DNA of 40,000 bases from positions 1 to 40,000 of the forward strand of contig JAZKIZ010000001.1 of the NCBI GenBank assembly GCA_040384605.1, given 5' to 3'. Source of the stretch: Verrucomicrobiota bacterium (GTDB lineage: Bacteria; Verrucomicrobiota; Verrucomicrobiia; Verrucomicrobiales; Akkermansiaceae). Made by a program: the position numbers and the translations under genes. Under the pieces are notes generated by a model, which did no database searches, was not told where the DNA came from, and saw only the letters and a list, made by a program, of their open reading frames with translations. This document shows, piece after piece, positions 28,391 to 37,273 of this stretch (positions within the stretch are counted from its first letter, which is position 1; each line of letters opens with the position of its first letter).

Positions 28391-30688
28391 TCAGAACGTG
28401 AATTCGTCTTCGCCGAGGATTTTGATTTCGGTTTCGAGGTCGATGTTGCGTTCGGATTTGGCGGTTTTCTGGATGGAGGAAATGAGGGTGAGGATGTCGC
28501 TGGCGCTGGCACCGCCTTGGTTGACGACGAAATTTCCATGCACATCCGAAACGGCGGCTTTGCCGTTGGCGGAACCTTTGAGACCGAGGCTGTCGATGAG
28601 TTTGCCGGCGGGAATGACGTCGGGATTTTTGAACGTGCAACCTGCGGAAGCGCTGACGGGTTGGGTTGCCTTGCGTTTTTCGCGCGATGCCTCCCAGCGT
28701 TCCTTGATCGCTTCGGGTTTGTCCGCCTTGCCGCGGAAGACGGCTTGGAGCGCAAAGTTGCGGCGCAGCTCGCGGACATCGCGGTAGTTCGCGACGATTT
28801 CCTCGCGCTCGCGGGTGCGGATGACGCCGTCTTCATCAAGGAAGGTGACACGCAGCACGTGGTCGAAGGTCTCGCTGTCCATCGCGCCGGCATTCATGCG
28901 CAGAGCGCCGCCGACATTGCCCGGAATTCCTTCCATCCACTCGAAGCCACCAATTCCGGCGGCACCGGCAGCGCTGGCGAGTTTTTTCAAACGCACCCCC
29001 ACGCCTGCCGTCACTTCGGCGCGCGTGCCGGTTGTGATTTGGGAAAATTGTCCGCCGCTGGGATGGATGACCGCGCCGCGGATGCCGCCATCGCGCACGA
29101 GCAAATTCGAGCCGCGGCCGATGACGCGCACGGGAATCCCGCGCTCGCGGCAGTAACCGACGAGAAATGCGAAGCCGTAAAACGTGTGCGGTTCGAGCCA
29201 GAATTGCGCCGGGCCGCCGACGAGCATCGTGGTGTGCCGCTTCATCGGCTCGTAAAGTTTCCCATCGATTTCGCCCGGCGGCATCAGTGCACGCATTTCC
29301 TCAAGCGTCTTGAGATCCCGCGCGATGCGGGTGCCTGCTTCGTGGACGTTGCCCGCACCGAGGGTGATCAGCAGGTCGCCGGGCTGCAATGCGTTGCCAA
29401 CGGCGTGATGCGCGGTGGTGAGATCGGGCAGGAAAGTTGCGGGCACGTCGCCGTGTTGTGCCATCGCATCGACGATGGTCTGGCCGGAGATCCCCGGAAT
29501 GGGTTGCTCCGAGGCCGGATAGACATCGGAAATGAAAACGAGATCGGCGGCTTGCAGGACTTTGCCGAAATCATCGGCCAGCGCCTGGGTGCGCGTGTAT
29601 CGATGCGGTTGAAAAAGCACGACGATGCGCGCTGGTTTCAGCGAGCGCGCGGTTTGCAGCGTGGCTGCGAGCTCGGATGGATGATGGCCGTAGTCATCGA
29701 CAATGCGGAAGTCCGTGGAGAGATACTTCGTCTCGAAACGACGTTTTGCGCCGGCGAAATTCGCGAGCGCACGGGCGATATGCGGAAACTCCGCGCCACA
29801 GGAATCGGCAAGCGCGATGGCGGCGAGTGCGTTGAGGATGTTGTGGCGGCCGGGAATGCCGAGTTCAATATCGCCGAGCGGCTTGCCGAATTTGGCGACG
29901 GTAAAAGCGGAGGAACCCCGCAGTTCGCGCACATCTTCGGCGGTGAAGTCCGCGTCTTCCCAGCCGTAGGAGCATGCGCCAAAGTGATCCGCGCAAATTT
30001 CCGACGCCACCGGATCCTCGGCGCAATACACCATGGTGCCGTGCGTTTGTTTCGCCAGCGTGGCAAAGACCTCGCGGATGTGATCAAGGTCGCGGTAATA
30101 ATCGAGATGCTCGGCCTCGACATTGAGAACCACGGAATGCTCGGGCCGGTAAAGCGCCAGCGTGCCATCGCTTTCATCGCCCTCGGCAACCATGTGTTCG
30201 CCATCCGACCAATTTGCGTTCGCGCCGAGAATCGGAATCTCCGCGCCGACGTAATGGCTCGGCTTCAGGCCCGCCTCGCGCATGATGTGGGCCGTCATCG
30301 ACGACGTGGTGGTTTTTCCGTGTGTCCCGGCCACGACGATGCCTTTCCGCGTGTGAAGGATCGCGGCGAGACATTCGGCGCGGCGATAGAGCGGAATTCC
30401 CGCGGCGACTGCGGCGGCGTAAGCCGGATTTTCCGGCCGGATGGCGGAGGAAAACACCACCGCGTCCGCGTCATCCACCGCGGCGGCGGTGTGCGGCGAG
30501 GAAAAAACCAAACCGAGTTTCTGCATGCGCTCGGTTTCCGCGGAGGTGACGCGGTCCGAGCCGCTGACTTTGTGGCCCATCCCCATCAACAACAGCGCGA
30601 GTCCGCTCATGCCGGACCCTGCGACGCCAATGAGATGCACGCGCAGCGGCGGGTCGGCTTGTGTGAGGCGCTGGGAAAAATCGGTCAT
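28391..30688 (-). CDS. murC/murB: Bifunctional MurC-MurB fusion: UDP-N-acetylmuramate--L-alanine ligase (N-terminal) fused to UDP-N-acetylenolpyruvoylglucosamine reductase (C-terminal).
   Basis: The N-terminal ~455 aa are MurC (HLIGVAGSGMSGLALLL, GTHGKTTTSSM). The C-terminal ~300 aa are MurB (MLVGGPAQFWLEP, VIGRGSNLLVRDGGIRGAVI, AGCTFKNP). There is a single uninterrupted frame, with the junction near nt 29310. Confidence 0.9.
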   Translation of the reverse strand: MTDFSQRLTQADPPLRVHLIGVAGSGMSGLALLLMGMGHKVSGSDRVTSAETERMQKLGLVFSSPHTAAAVDDADAVVFSSAIRPENPAYAAAVAAGIPLYRRAECLAAILHTRKGIVVAGTHGKTTTSSMTAHIMREAGLKPSHYVGAEIPILGANANWSDGEHMVAEGDESDGTLALYRPEHSVVLNVEAEHLDYYRDLDHIREVFATLAKQTHGTMVYCAEDPVASEICADHFGACSYGWEDADFTAEDVRELRGSSAFTVAKFGKPLGDIELGIPGRHNILNALAAIALADSCGAEFPHIARALANFAGAKRRFETKYLSTDFRIVDDYGHHPSELAATLQTARSLKPARIVVLFQPHRYTRTQALADDFGKVLQAADLVFISDVYPASEQPIPGISGQTIVDAMAQHGDVPATFLPDLTTAHHAVGNALQPGDLLITLGAGNVHEAGTRIARDLKTLEEMRALMPPGEIDGKLYEPMKRHTTMLVGGPAQFWLEPHTFYGFAFLVGYCRERGIPVRVIGRGSNLLVRDGGIRGAVIHPSGGQFSQITTGTRAEVTAGVGVRLKKLASAAGAAGIGGFEWMEGIPGNVGGALRMNAGAMDSETFDHVLRVTFLDEDGVIRTREREEIVANYRDVRELRRNFALQAVFRGKADKPEAIKERWEASREKRKATQPVSASAGCTFKNPDVIPAGKLIDSLGLKGSANGKAAVSDVHGNFVVNQGGASASDILTLISSIQKTAKSERNIDLETEIKILGEDEFTF

Positions 30689-31782
30689 TGCGGGAGAAAG
30701 GTGGCTTCGATGGCGGTGCGCACTCGTGTGGCCGCGTCCGGCACGGCGAGTTCGCGCGCGGCTTTTGCCATGCGTTTGAAAGTTGGCAAGTTCCGCAAAA
30801 TGGAAACCGCCAGATTCGCAAGTTTTTGCGCAGTGAGGTCTTTCTCCTGAATCAATGTCGCCGCGCCCCCGGCAGCGAATACCTCCGCGTTTTTCGTCTG
30901 GTGATCATCGGCCGCAAAGGGAAACGGAATGAGAATCGATGGATGACCGGCGATGGCGATTTCCGTGAGGCTCGATGCTCCCGAGCGCGCGATCACGATG
31001 TCGGCCAAGGCATACGCCGCGGCCATTTGATCGCAAAAACCGAGAACCGTGTGCCGTGGATTCTGTTGGGAAATTTCCAGCACGCGATCGTGATCGAGTG
31101 TGCCGGCGATGTGCAGGAGCTGGATTTCCGGCGGCAGGAAAGCGATCGCTTCCGCGCACAGCTCGTTCAACTTCCGTGCGCCCTGGCTGCCACCCGTGAC
31201 GAGAATGGTCGTCTCGTTTTCATCGAGACCAAAGGCCGCCGCTGCCTCCGGGCGCGATGGCATGTTGAGGATTTCCGGTCGCACCGGCGTCCCGGTAGTC
31301 ACGGTTTCCCGTTTCGGGAAGTAGGCTTTCGCCGCTTCAAGGCCGAGGAAAACCCGGGTGCAGAAACGGCTGGTGAGCACATTGGCGCGGCCAGGCCGGG
31401 CGTTCGAATCGTGTATGAATGTTTTCAGGCCCAGCTTGTGCCCGGCGTAAACCGGAGGCAGCGAGGTGAAGCCGCCCATGCCGAGCACCGCATCGGCGCC
31501 AAAGTCCTTGAGAATTTTCCGGCAAGTGCGGACGGATCTCAACAACTGGAAACCAAACGGAATCATGCCCGGCGAAAGCGTGGCCGGTTTCGCCACCGCG
31601 GGCATCGTGGCGAAGTTCAGGTGCGCGTATTTTTTCGATGCCTCGGCATCCACTTTTTTCCGGGAAATGAGCAGCAGCACTTCGTGACCGCCGGCGATCA
31701 ATTCCTCCGCCACGGCGATTCCCGGGAACAAGTGGCCGCCGGTGCCACCGCAGGCGATGAGGATTTTCAAGGATTTCGACAC
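30685..31782 (-). CDS. murG: Undecaprenyldiphospho-muramoylpentapeptide beta-N-acetylglucosaminyltransferase MurG.
   Basis: KILIACGGTGGHLFPGIAVAEEL. There is no ATG near this N-terminus, so an in-frame GTG at 31780-31782 (VSKSLKIL) is proposed. The long upstream part of ORF 30685..32073 is not protein-like. The stop overlaps the murC start (ATGA). Confidence 0.88.
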   Translation of the reverse strand: MSKSLKILIACGGTGGHLFPGIAVAEELIAGGHEVLLLISRKKVDAEASKKYAHLNFATMPAVAKPATLSPGMIPFGFQLLRSVRTCRKILKDFGADAVLGMGGFTSLPPVYAGHKLGLKTFIHDSNARPGRANVLTSRFCTRVFLGLEAAKAYFPKRETVTTGTPVRPEILNMPSRPEAAAAFGLDENETTILVTGGSQGARKLNELCAEAIAFLPPEIQLLHIAGTLDHDRVLEISQQNPRHTVLGFCDQMAAAYALADIVIARSGASSLTEIAIAGHPSILIPFPFAADDHQTKNAEVFAAGGAATLIQEKDLTAQKLANLAVSILRNLPTFKRMAKAARELAVPDAATRVRTAIEATFLPQ

Positions 31783-31990
31783 GCTGGGAATTGGGATGGG
31801 GCGCAAGCAAACGAAAGGGGAGAAATGCCTCCGGCGCTTTGCGGCAGATTTGTAAGCAATCCCGAAAGATCGCGCAATCGCCAAAGCCGGGGATTCCGCG
31901 TCAGCCCGGGATGGGCCAGAAGGACTGAATAAAAAGATTTGTTGGCGTCTATCGGAAATCGTAGCATGATCAAGTAACCCTGATAACCAT

Positions 31991-32245
31991 ATGAAACACA
32001 TCCTCCTCATTACTTCCGCGGTGGCTGCCACCGCGTTTTTCACCAACTGTACCGCACCTGCCGGACCAAGCACGCAGAGCGGAGCCGTTTCCGGCGCACT
32101 CCTCGGCGGTCTCGCTGGCGGCGTGATTGGCCATCAGTCCGGCCGCACCACGGAAGGCGCACTCCTCGGAGCCGCCGCAGGTGGCACCGCTGGCGCAGTG
32201 ATTGGCAATCAACAAGACAGCCGCCGCTATCACCACCGCCACTGA
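31991..32245 (+). CDS. Glycine-zipper (YMGG/17-kDa-antigen-like) small lipoprotein.
   Basis: Lipobox AFFTNC. GALLGGLAGGVIGHQSG and GALLGAAAGGTAGAVIG repeats. Confidence 0.7.
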   Translation: MKHILLITSAVAATAFFTNCTAPAGPSTQSGAVSGALLGGLAGGVIGHQSGRTTEGALLGAAAGGTAGAVIGNQQDSRRYHHRH

Positions 32246-32273
32246 AAAAGCATACCGCAGTCGCGGAAAAACG

Positions 32274-32306
32274 GGCGTCCGGGAAACCGGACGCCTTGTT
32301 TTTTTT
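32274..32306 (+). terminator. Rho-independent terminator.
   Basis: ggcgtccgg-gaaa-ccggacgcc (9-bp stem, GNRA loop) followed by ttgtttttttt. Confidence 0.85.
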
Positions 32307-32352
32307 GGATGAATCCCGCGGCGCATTGCTCTTAGGATCGGAAAACACCACG

Positions 32353-34452
32353 ATGGCCCGATTTTTTCTTCTCCTGCTCTCCTGTTTTTTTGCGTCGATC
32401 GCCCATGGCCAATTCGATTTCAGCACGCCGGGCGGCGCGCTTGGCGGCGGAACCAAATCGCGCGCCGAGATGGTTGCCGAGGTCCGCACGATCGCGCCCG
32501 GCGCCACGTTCACGGTCGCATTGAAACTTTCGCACCCGGAGAACTGGCATAGTTACTACCGGAATTCCGGCGGCGTCGAACTTTCTCCGGCGATCGAATG
32601 GACGCTGCCGCCGGGTTTCAAGGCCGGGCCGATCCAGTGGCCCGCGCCGCAGGTGAAGGATGGCTTTCTCGGCAAAAGTTTCATCTACCCCGGCAGCCCT
32701 GTTTTTCTAACAGAAATCACCGCACCGAGGGATTTGGAAGCGGGTCCGCTGGTCATCAAGGCGAGGGCGACGTGGCAAATCTGCGACAAGGCGTGCATCA
32801 ATGAGAAGGCGGCGTTCGAGGTTCCGCTGTTGGCGGCAACCGCTACTGAGCCGAATCCGGAACATGCAGCGTTGTTCACCGCGGCCCGCGCGGCGTTGCC
32901 GCTCCAACCGGACGGACTCACCATTGCCGCAAAACCCGAGGGCACGGATATCATTTTCACGATCGGACCCGCCTCGTCGGTGGCCGGCGAGCCGACCGAC
33001 TTTGTTCCCGATCAACCGTTTGTGCAGGCGGCCAGCGCGGGCGGGTCGATCCAGCGTATGGGGGACGCCTGGGTGGTGCGTTTGAAAACCCGCGGGAAAA
33101 ACGATCTGGATGAGGCGATCCCGCGCGGCGATTCGTTTTCCGGCATTCTCCTTGGCAACAATCCGGTCGTCATTCCGGAAACGATGATCGGCCCGGCCGC
33201 ACGGCAACCGATGCCCGCCGCGGGATTCGCACGAATTCTCGGTGGCATGTTTCTCGGCGGACTGTTGCTCAACCTGATGCCCTGCGTGTTTCCAGTGATT
33301 GGACTGAAGATCATGGGCTTCGTGCAACAGGCCGGAACGGATCGCCGCAAGATCGTGGTTCACGGTGTCGCCTTCACGGCTGGTGTGCTGGTCTCGTTCG
33401 CGGTGCTTGCGGGGATTTTGTTTGCCGTGCGGGCGTCCGCATTCGGTGGCCGGGGCGATACGTTGAACTGGGGTTACCAACTGCAAATTCCGTGGGTGGT
33501 GCTGTCGCTGATGCTGTTGATGTTCGTGCTGGCGCTCAACATGGCGGGGGTTTTTGAAATCGGTGCGAAGGCCACATCGGTGGGCGGATCGTTGCAAACG
33601 AAACATGGAACAGGCGGCTCGTTTTTTTCCGGAATGCTTGCGACGATCGTAGCCACGCCATGCTCGGCACCATTTCTTGGCGCGGCGATTGGCGCCGCCA
33701 TCGCGCTGCCGGTCGTGCCGTTTTTCACGGCCTTTGCGGCGATGGCATTCGGACTCGCCACGCCGTATCTGGTGCTCTCGTTGTTTCCAAAACTGGTGGG
33801 ATTTCTGCCGCGGCCCGGGGCGTGGATGGAAAGTTTCAAGCAGGCGATGTCGTTCCTGCTGTTTGCCACGGCGGGTTATCTATTGTGGGTTTACGCCGGA
33901 CAAATCGGTTTGGAGAATTTGTTGGGTCCGGTATTCGGTCTGACGGCAGTGGCGGTGGCGGCGTGGATTTACGGTCGCTGGAGCCTGCCGCACCGGAAGT
34001 TTTCGGTCCGCGTGGCGGCGGTGGTCACCGCGGTCGCATTCGTCGCGGCGGGTGTTTGGTTATGCAAACCGCCGGAAAAATCCGCGCTCGTCTGGGAACC
34101 ATGGTCCGAGCAACGGGCAATGGAAATTCTCGCGGCAGGCAAGCCGGTTTACATCGATTTCACCGCGCAATGGTGTGCGACCTGCCAGGTGAACAAAAAA
34201 CGCGCATACACACCGGAAGTGATCGCTTTGATGAAAGAAAAAGGCGTCGTTGCGCTGAGAGCGGACAAGACGAATCCGAATCCTGAAATCGATGGCGCGA
34301 TCGAGAAACTCGGCCGCACCGCGATTCCCGTGAACGTCCTTCAGCAACCGGGAAAAGCGCCCGTAATACTGCCCGAGCTTCTCAGCCCGGAGGATGTCAA
34401 AGAAGCGTTGCAAACGCTGCCGTCAGCGCCGGTTCCAAACGGTGACCAGTGA
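32353..34452 (+). CDS. dsbD: DsbD-like thiol:disulfide interchange protein (N-terminal DsbD-type domain, CcdA-type membrane core, C-terminal thioredoxin).
   Basis: Signal peptide MARFFLLLLSCFFASIAHG. WQICDKACI, the membrane Cys pair LNLMPCVFPVIG / ATPCSAPFLG, and a C-terminal FTAQWCATCQVN. Confidence 0.85.
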   Translation: MARFFLLLLSCFFASIAHGQFDFSTPGGALGGGTKSRAEMVAEVRTIAPGATFTVALKLSHPENWHSYYRNSGGVELSPAIEWTLPPGFKAGPIQWPAPQVKDGFLGKSFIYPGSPVFLTEITAPRDLEAGPLVIKARATWQICDKACINEKAAFEVPLLAATATEPNPEHAALFTAARAALPLQPDGLTIAAKPEGTDIIFTIGPASSVAGEPTDFVPDQPFVQAASAGGSIQRMGDAWVVRLKTRGKNDLDEAIPRGDSFSGILLGNNPVVIPETMIGPAARQPMPAAGFARILGGMFLGGLLLNLMPCVFPVIGLKIMGFVQQAGTDRRKIVVHGVAFTAGVLVSFAVLAGILFAVRASAFGGRGDTLNWGYQLQIPWVVLSLMLLMFVLALNMAGVFEIGAKATSVGGSLQTKHGTGGSFFSGMLATIVATPCSAPFLGAAIGAAIALPVVPFFTAFAAMAFGLATPYLVLSLFPKLVGFLPRPGAWMESFKQAMSFLLFATAGYLLWVYAGQIGLENLLGPVFGLTAVAVAAWIYGRWSLPHRKFSVRVAAVVTAVAFVAAGVWLCKPPEKSALVWEPWSEQRAMEILAAGKPVYIDFTAQWCATCQVNKKRAYTPEVIALMKEKGVVALRADKTNPNPEIDGAIEKLGRTAIPVNVLQQPGKAPVILPELLSPEDVKEALQTLPSAPVPNGDQ

Positions 34453-35154
34453 GCGCGACCACTGAAACTTGCGTCCTGTTTCGCGGATGAGGAACGGTTC
34501 GTCGCACTGGGATTCCAAGTCGAACGATGCGCCGAGATTTTCCGTTAGCCAATCCAGCGTCGAGCCCGCCGGCCAATTTTCCGGCGGTGTGAATTCCGCC
34601 AGCCATGTGCACGGCGTCGCGAGAACAAGAATGCCGCCGGGTTCCACCAGCGATGGCAGACGACGCAACAGCGCGAGCGGTTCCGGTAAGCGGCAGAGCA
34701 AATTCGCGACGTGGACACGATCAAACGTCCCGAGCGTTTCCGGCAGGTTCATCGCATCGCCTTGTTGGAACAAAATACGACCGCTCGAATTTCCGGCCGG
34801 CGCACGGGCGGTGAGATTGGTGGTTCGATTTCCCTCGTCATGGCGGCGATAGGAAATTTCCTTTCCACTCGCGAGATCCGCCGCGGCGCGGATGAACGAC
34901 TGGGAAAAATCAATGCCCGTGACCTCGTCGCAGATGCGCGCCATTTCAAACGCCGAGCGCCCAACCGCGCAACCGAGGTCAAGCCCGCGGCGCGCGGAAA
35001 CATCGCCGAAATGCGCCACGGTGCGCACGGGAAAACCAAGCGCTTCGCGCATCCCCACCGGCCAAGCCGTGTCAGCCGGGAGGATTTCATCTTCCGCGCC
35101 ATAGTGGAACAGCAGGTACTCCGCGAGCAGCTTGTCAGTCTCGTAAACGTTCAT
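34423..35154 (-). CDS. Class I SAM-dependent methyltransferase. Resembles the OvoA C-terminal / putative 4-mercaptohistidine N1-methyltransferase family.
   Basis: YETDKLLAEYLLFHYG N-terminus, motif I GLDLGCAVGRSAF, and GGILVLATPCTW. The family assignment is from memory of the pattern and is not verified. Confidence 0.6.
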   Translation of the reverse strand: MNVYETDKLLAEYLLFHYGAEDEILPADTAWPVGMREALGFPVRTVAHFGDVSARRGLDLGCAVGRSAFEMARICDEVTGIDFSQSFIRAAADLASGKEISYRRHDEGNRTTNLTARAPAGNSSGRILFQQGDAMNLPETLGTFDRVHVANLLCRLPEPLALLRRLPSLVEPGGILVLATPCTWLAEFTPPENWPAGSTLDWLTENLGASFDLESQCDEPFLIRETGRKFQWSRSLVTVWNRR

Positions 35155-35159
35155 TTTTC

Positions 35160-35537
35160 AAGGAGCGCCGGTCTTCAGACCGGCATCTTTCCAAGGAATT
35201 GTGATCATTTTTAAATCACGATGACAACCGGAGAGCGAAACGAGGCGCGGATTCTCCCACTCGGGAAGGCGATCCGAGGTAGCGATCCGAACTGTTCTCC
35301 GGCGGCCAGCAAAACCACGGCGGCAGCGTTGGTCTTCACGTGAAGTTCTGATCAAAGGAGCAAGGAGCGCTGGTCTTCAGACCGGCATCTCTTCAGATCG
35401 CCAGTTCAGGCCGCTTTCCCGAATGGCAAGAATCCGCACGTCTCTTCGCTCCTGGATCATCAAGATGCCGGTCTGAAGACCACCGTTACTCCATGTCGCG
35501 ATTCGAAGAGGTGCCGGTCTGAAGACCAGCGCTCCAC
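35160..35537. repeat. Four copies (two forward, two inverted) of a ~26-30-bp palindrome-containing REP-like repeat.
   Basis: aaggagcgccggtcttcagaccggcatct (35160-35188), caaggagcgctggtcttcagaccggcatct (35361-35390), agatgccggtctgaagaccacc (35463-35484) and aggtgccggtctgaagaccagcgctcc (35508-35534). The core ccggtct..agaccgg is self-complementary. Confidence 0.8.
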
Positions 35538-35587
35538 GTCCAGATTCCATTCGCCAAGCCCGGGTGATTGCCGTTACGGCTCGTCGT

Positions 35588-36028
35588 ATGCAAATCCGCG
35601 TCATCGCCGCCGGCAAACCAGCGCTCGCTTATGCAAAAGCGGGTGTGGAGGAATACGTGAAGCGGCTTTCCCGCGAACCGATTGAACTCATAATCCTAAA
35701 GGCGGGAAACAGCGACGAGGTTTCAGCGCACTTGCTGGAAAAGTCCGCAGGGACTTTCCGCATCGCGCTTGATGAACGCGGGACATCCTTCACCACGCGG
35801 GAACTCGCCGCGAAACTCGAAACCATCGCATTGCGCGGGGATGTGAAAACCGTTTCCTTTTTGATCGGCGCGGCCGACGGCCACAACGATTCCTTGCGCG
35901 CTCAAGCGGACCTGTTGCTCGCGGTTTCGCCATTCACACTCCAGCACGAACTCGCGTTGCTCGTTTTGTTAGAACAAATTTACCGGGTCTCGACTTTGAA
36001 ATCCGGCTCGCCTTATCACCGGGATTGA
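35588..36028 (+). CDS. rlmH: 23S rRNA (pseudouridine1915-N3)-methyltransferase RlmH (SPOUT).
   Basis: MQIRVIAAGKPALAYAKAGVEEYVKRL...FLIGAADGH...SPFTLQHELALLVLLEQIYR. Confidence 0.88.
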   Translation: MQIRVIAAGKPALAYAKAGVEEYVKRLSREPIELIILKAGNSDEVSAHLLEKSAGTFRIALDERGTSFTTRELAAKLETIALRGDVKTVSFLIGAADGHNDSLRAQADLLLAVSPFTLQHELALLVLLEQIYRVSTLKSGSPYHRD

Positions 36029-36129
36029 CCGTAGCCGGGCCATCCTGGCCCGTATGCCAGCGGTGCGGCACGTTCATGCAAAGCCGCAAAGATAAACAAA
36101 TTGATACCGATTTCCATGAGAAATGGAAC

Positions 36130-36232
36130 CACGGATGAACGCGGATGGACACAGATGGGAGAGGAAGATTGGATGCTGCGGTGGCAAATCCTGTAAATTC
36201 TGAAAAATTCTGAAAAATTCTGTAAATCCTGT
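36130..36232. repeat. Phased short repeats of about 10 bp (GGATG series, then A-tract ttctga/tcctgt series).
   Basis: cggatgaacg cggatggaca cagatgggag, then aaatcctgt aaattctga aaaattctga aaaattctgt aaatcctgt (36186-36232). Confidence 0.65.
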
Positions 36233-36288
36233 CCCAACTTCTCCGAAGTCCGAATGATATTCGATTTTGGTATGAATCGGAATAGATA

Positions 36289-37158
36289 TCAACGCACGAC
36301 TTCCGTGCCGACGCCGCCATCGGTGAAGATTTCCAGCAAGAGTGCGTGGGGCAGGCGGCCATCGACGAAGTGGACCTTGCGCACGCCGGCGTTGAGTGCG
36401 TCCACGGCGCTGCGGATTTTGGGGATCATGCCGCCGGAAATCGTGCCATCGGAGATGAGCGACTCTGCTTCCGCGCGGGTGACGGATTTGATCAGCGTGG
36501 CGGGATTTTTCGGATCGGCGAGCAGTCCGGGGACGTCGGAAAGATACACGAGTTTGGCGACGCGGAGCTCCTTGGCCAGCGCGGCGGCGGCGAGATCGGC
36601 GTTGATGTTGAGCGGCCGGCCGGTGGCGAGTTCCGAGGCGAGCGGGGAAATGACGGGCACGATGCCTGCCTGATGCGCGGCATCCATACGCGCGAGCTGA
36701 CAACCGACGACTTCACCGACGCGACCGATGTCCACTTTGTTGCCGTCTGCATCGGTGCTTTTGATTTTCTCGCCGAGGAACACATCGTTTCCGGGAATGC
36801 CGACTGCCTTGCCGCCGAAGTTGCGGATCATCGCGACGAGGCCGGGGTTGATTTCCTCGGAAAGCACCGTCGAGACGATATCGATGGCCGCATCGGTGGT
36901 GACGCGGAACCCACCGATGAATTCCGCCTCCAGCCCGGCTTTTTCCATCGCCGCGGAGATCGCCTTGCCGCCGCCGTGAACGACGATCGGATTGATGCCG
37001 GCCACTTCGAGGAAAACGATGTCGCGCATCACCTTGGCGACGAGTTCCGGGTTTTCCATGGCGGAACCGCCCATCTTGATGAGGAAGGTTTTCCCGCGGA
37101 AGGCCTGGAGGTAGGGAAGAGCCTCGATCAGTGCATCGGCTTTCTTGATGGGGTCCAT
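36289..37158 (-). CDS. argB: Acetylglutamate kinase.
   Basis: FRGKTFLIKMGGSAM, PIVVHGGG and NINADLAAAALA. Confidence 0.92.
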   Translation of the reverse strand: MDPIKKADALIEALPYLQAFRGKTFLIKMGGSAMENPELVAKVMRDIVFLEVAGINPIVVHGGGKAISAAMEKAGLEAEFIGGFRVTTDAAIDIVSTVLSEEINPGLVAMIRNFGGKAVGIPGNDVFLGEKIKSTDADGNKVDIGRVGEVVGCQLARMDAAHQAGIVPVISPLASELATGRPLNINADLAAAALAKELRVAKLVYLSDVPGLLADPKNPATLIKSVTRAEAESLISDGTISGGMIPKIRSAVDALNAGVRKVHFVDGRLPHALLLEIFTDGGVGTEVVR

Positions 37159-37273
37159 GGTCGCGCGCGCAGCATGGCGCTTCGCGCGCTAGCTTGTCAA
37201 ACCACGCGGATCTGATGTGCGATCCGTCGTTGCGCCGGTCGCGATCCTCCCCAAGCATCGGACCCAACAACTC

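Noticed and set aside
30685-32073. Full 462-aa murG ORF with a 97-codon N-terminal extension.
   Set aside because: The extension is not protein-like, and the conserved MurG N-terminus (KILIACGGTGGH) begins right after an in-frame GTG at 31782.
34815-34835. ggttcgatttccc string resembling a tRNA T-arm.
   Set aside because: It lies inside the methyltransferase coding sequence, and no acceptor, D or anticodon arms can be built around it. No tRNA was found in the window.
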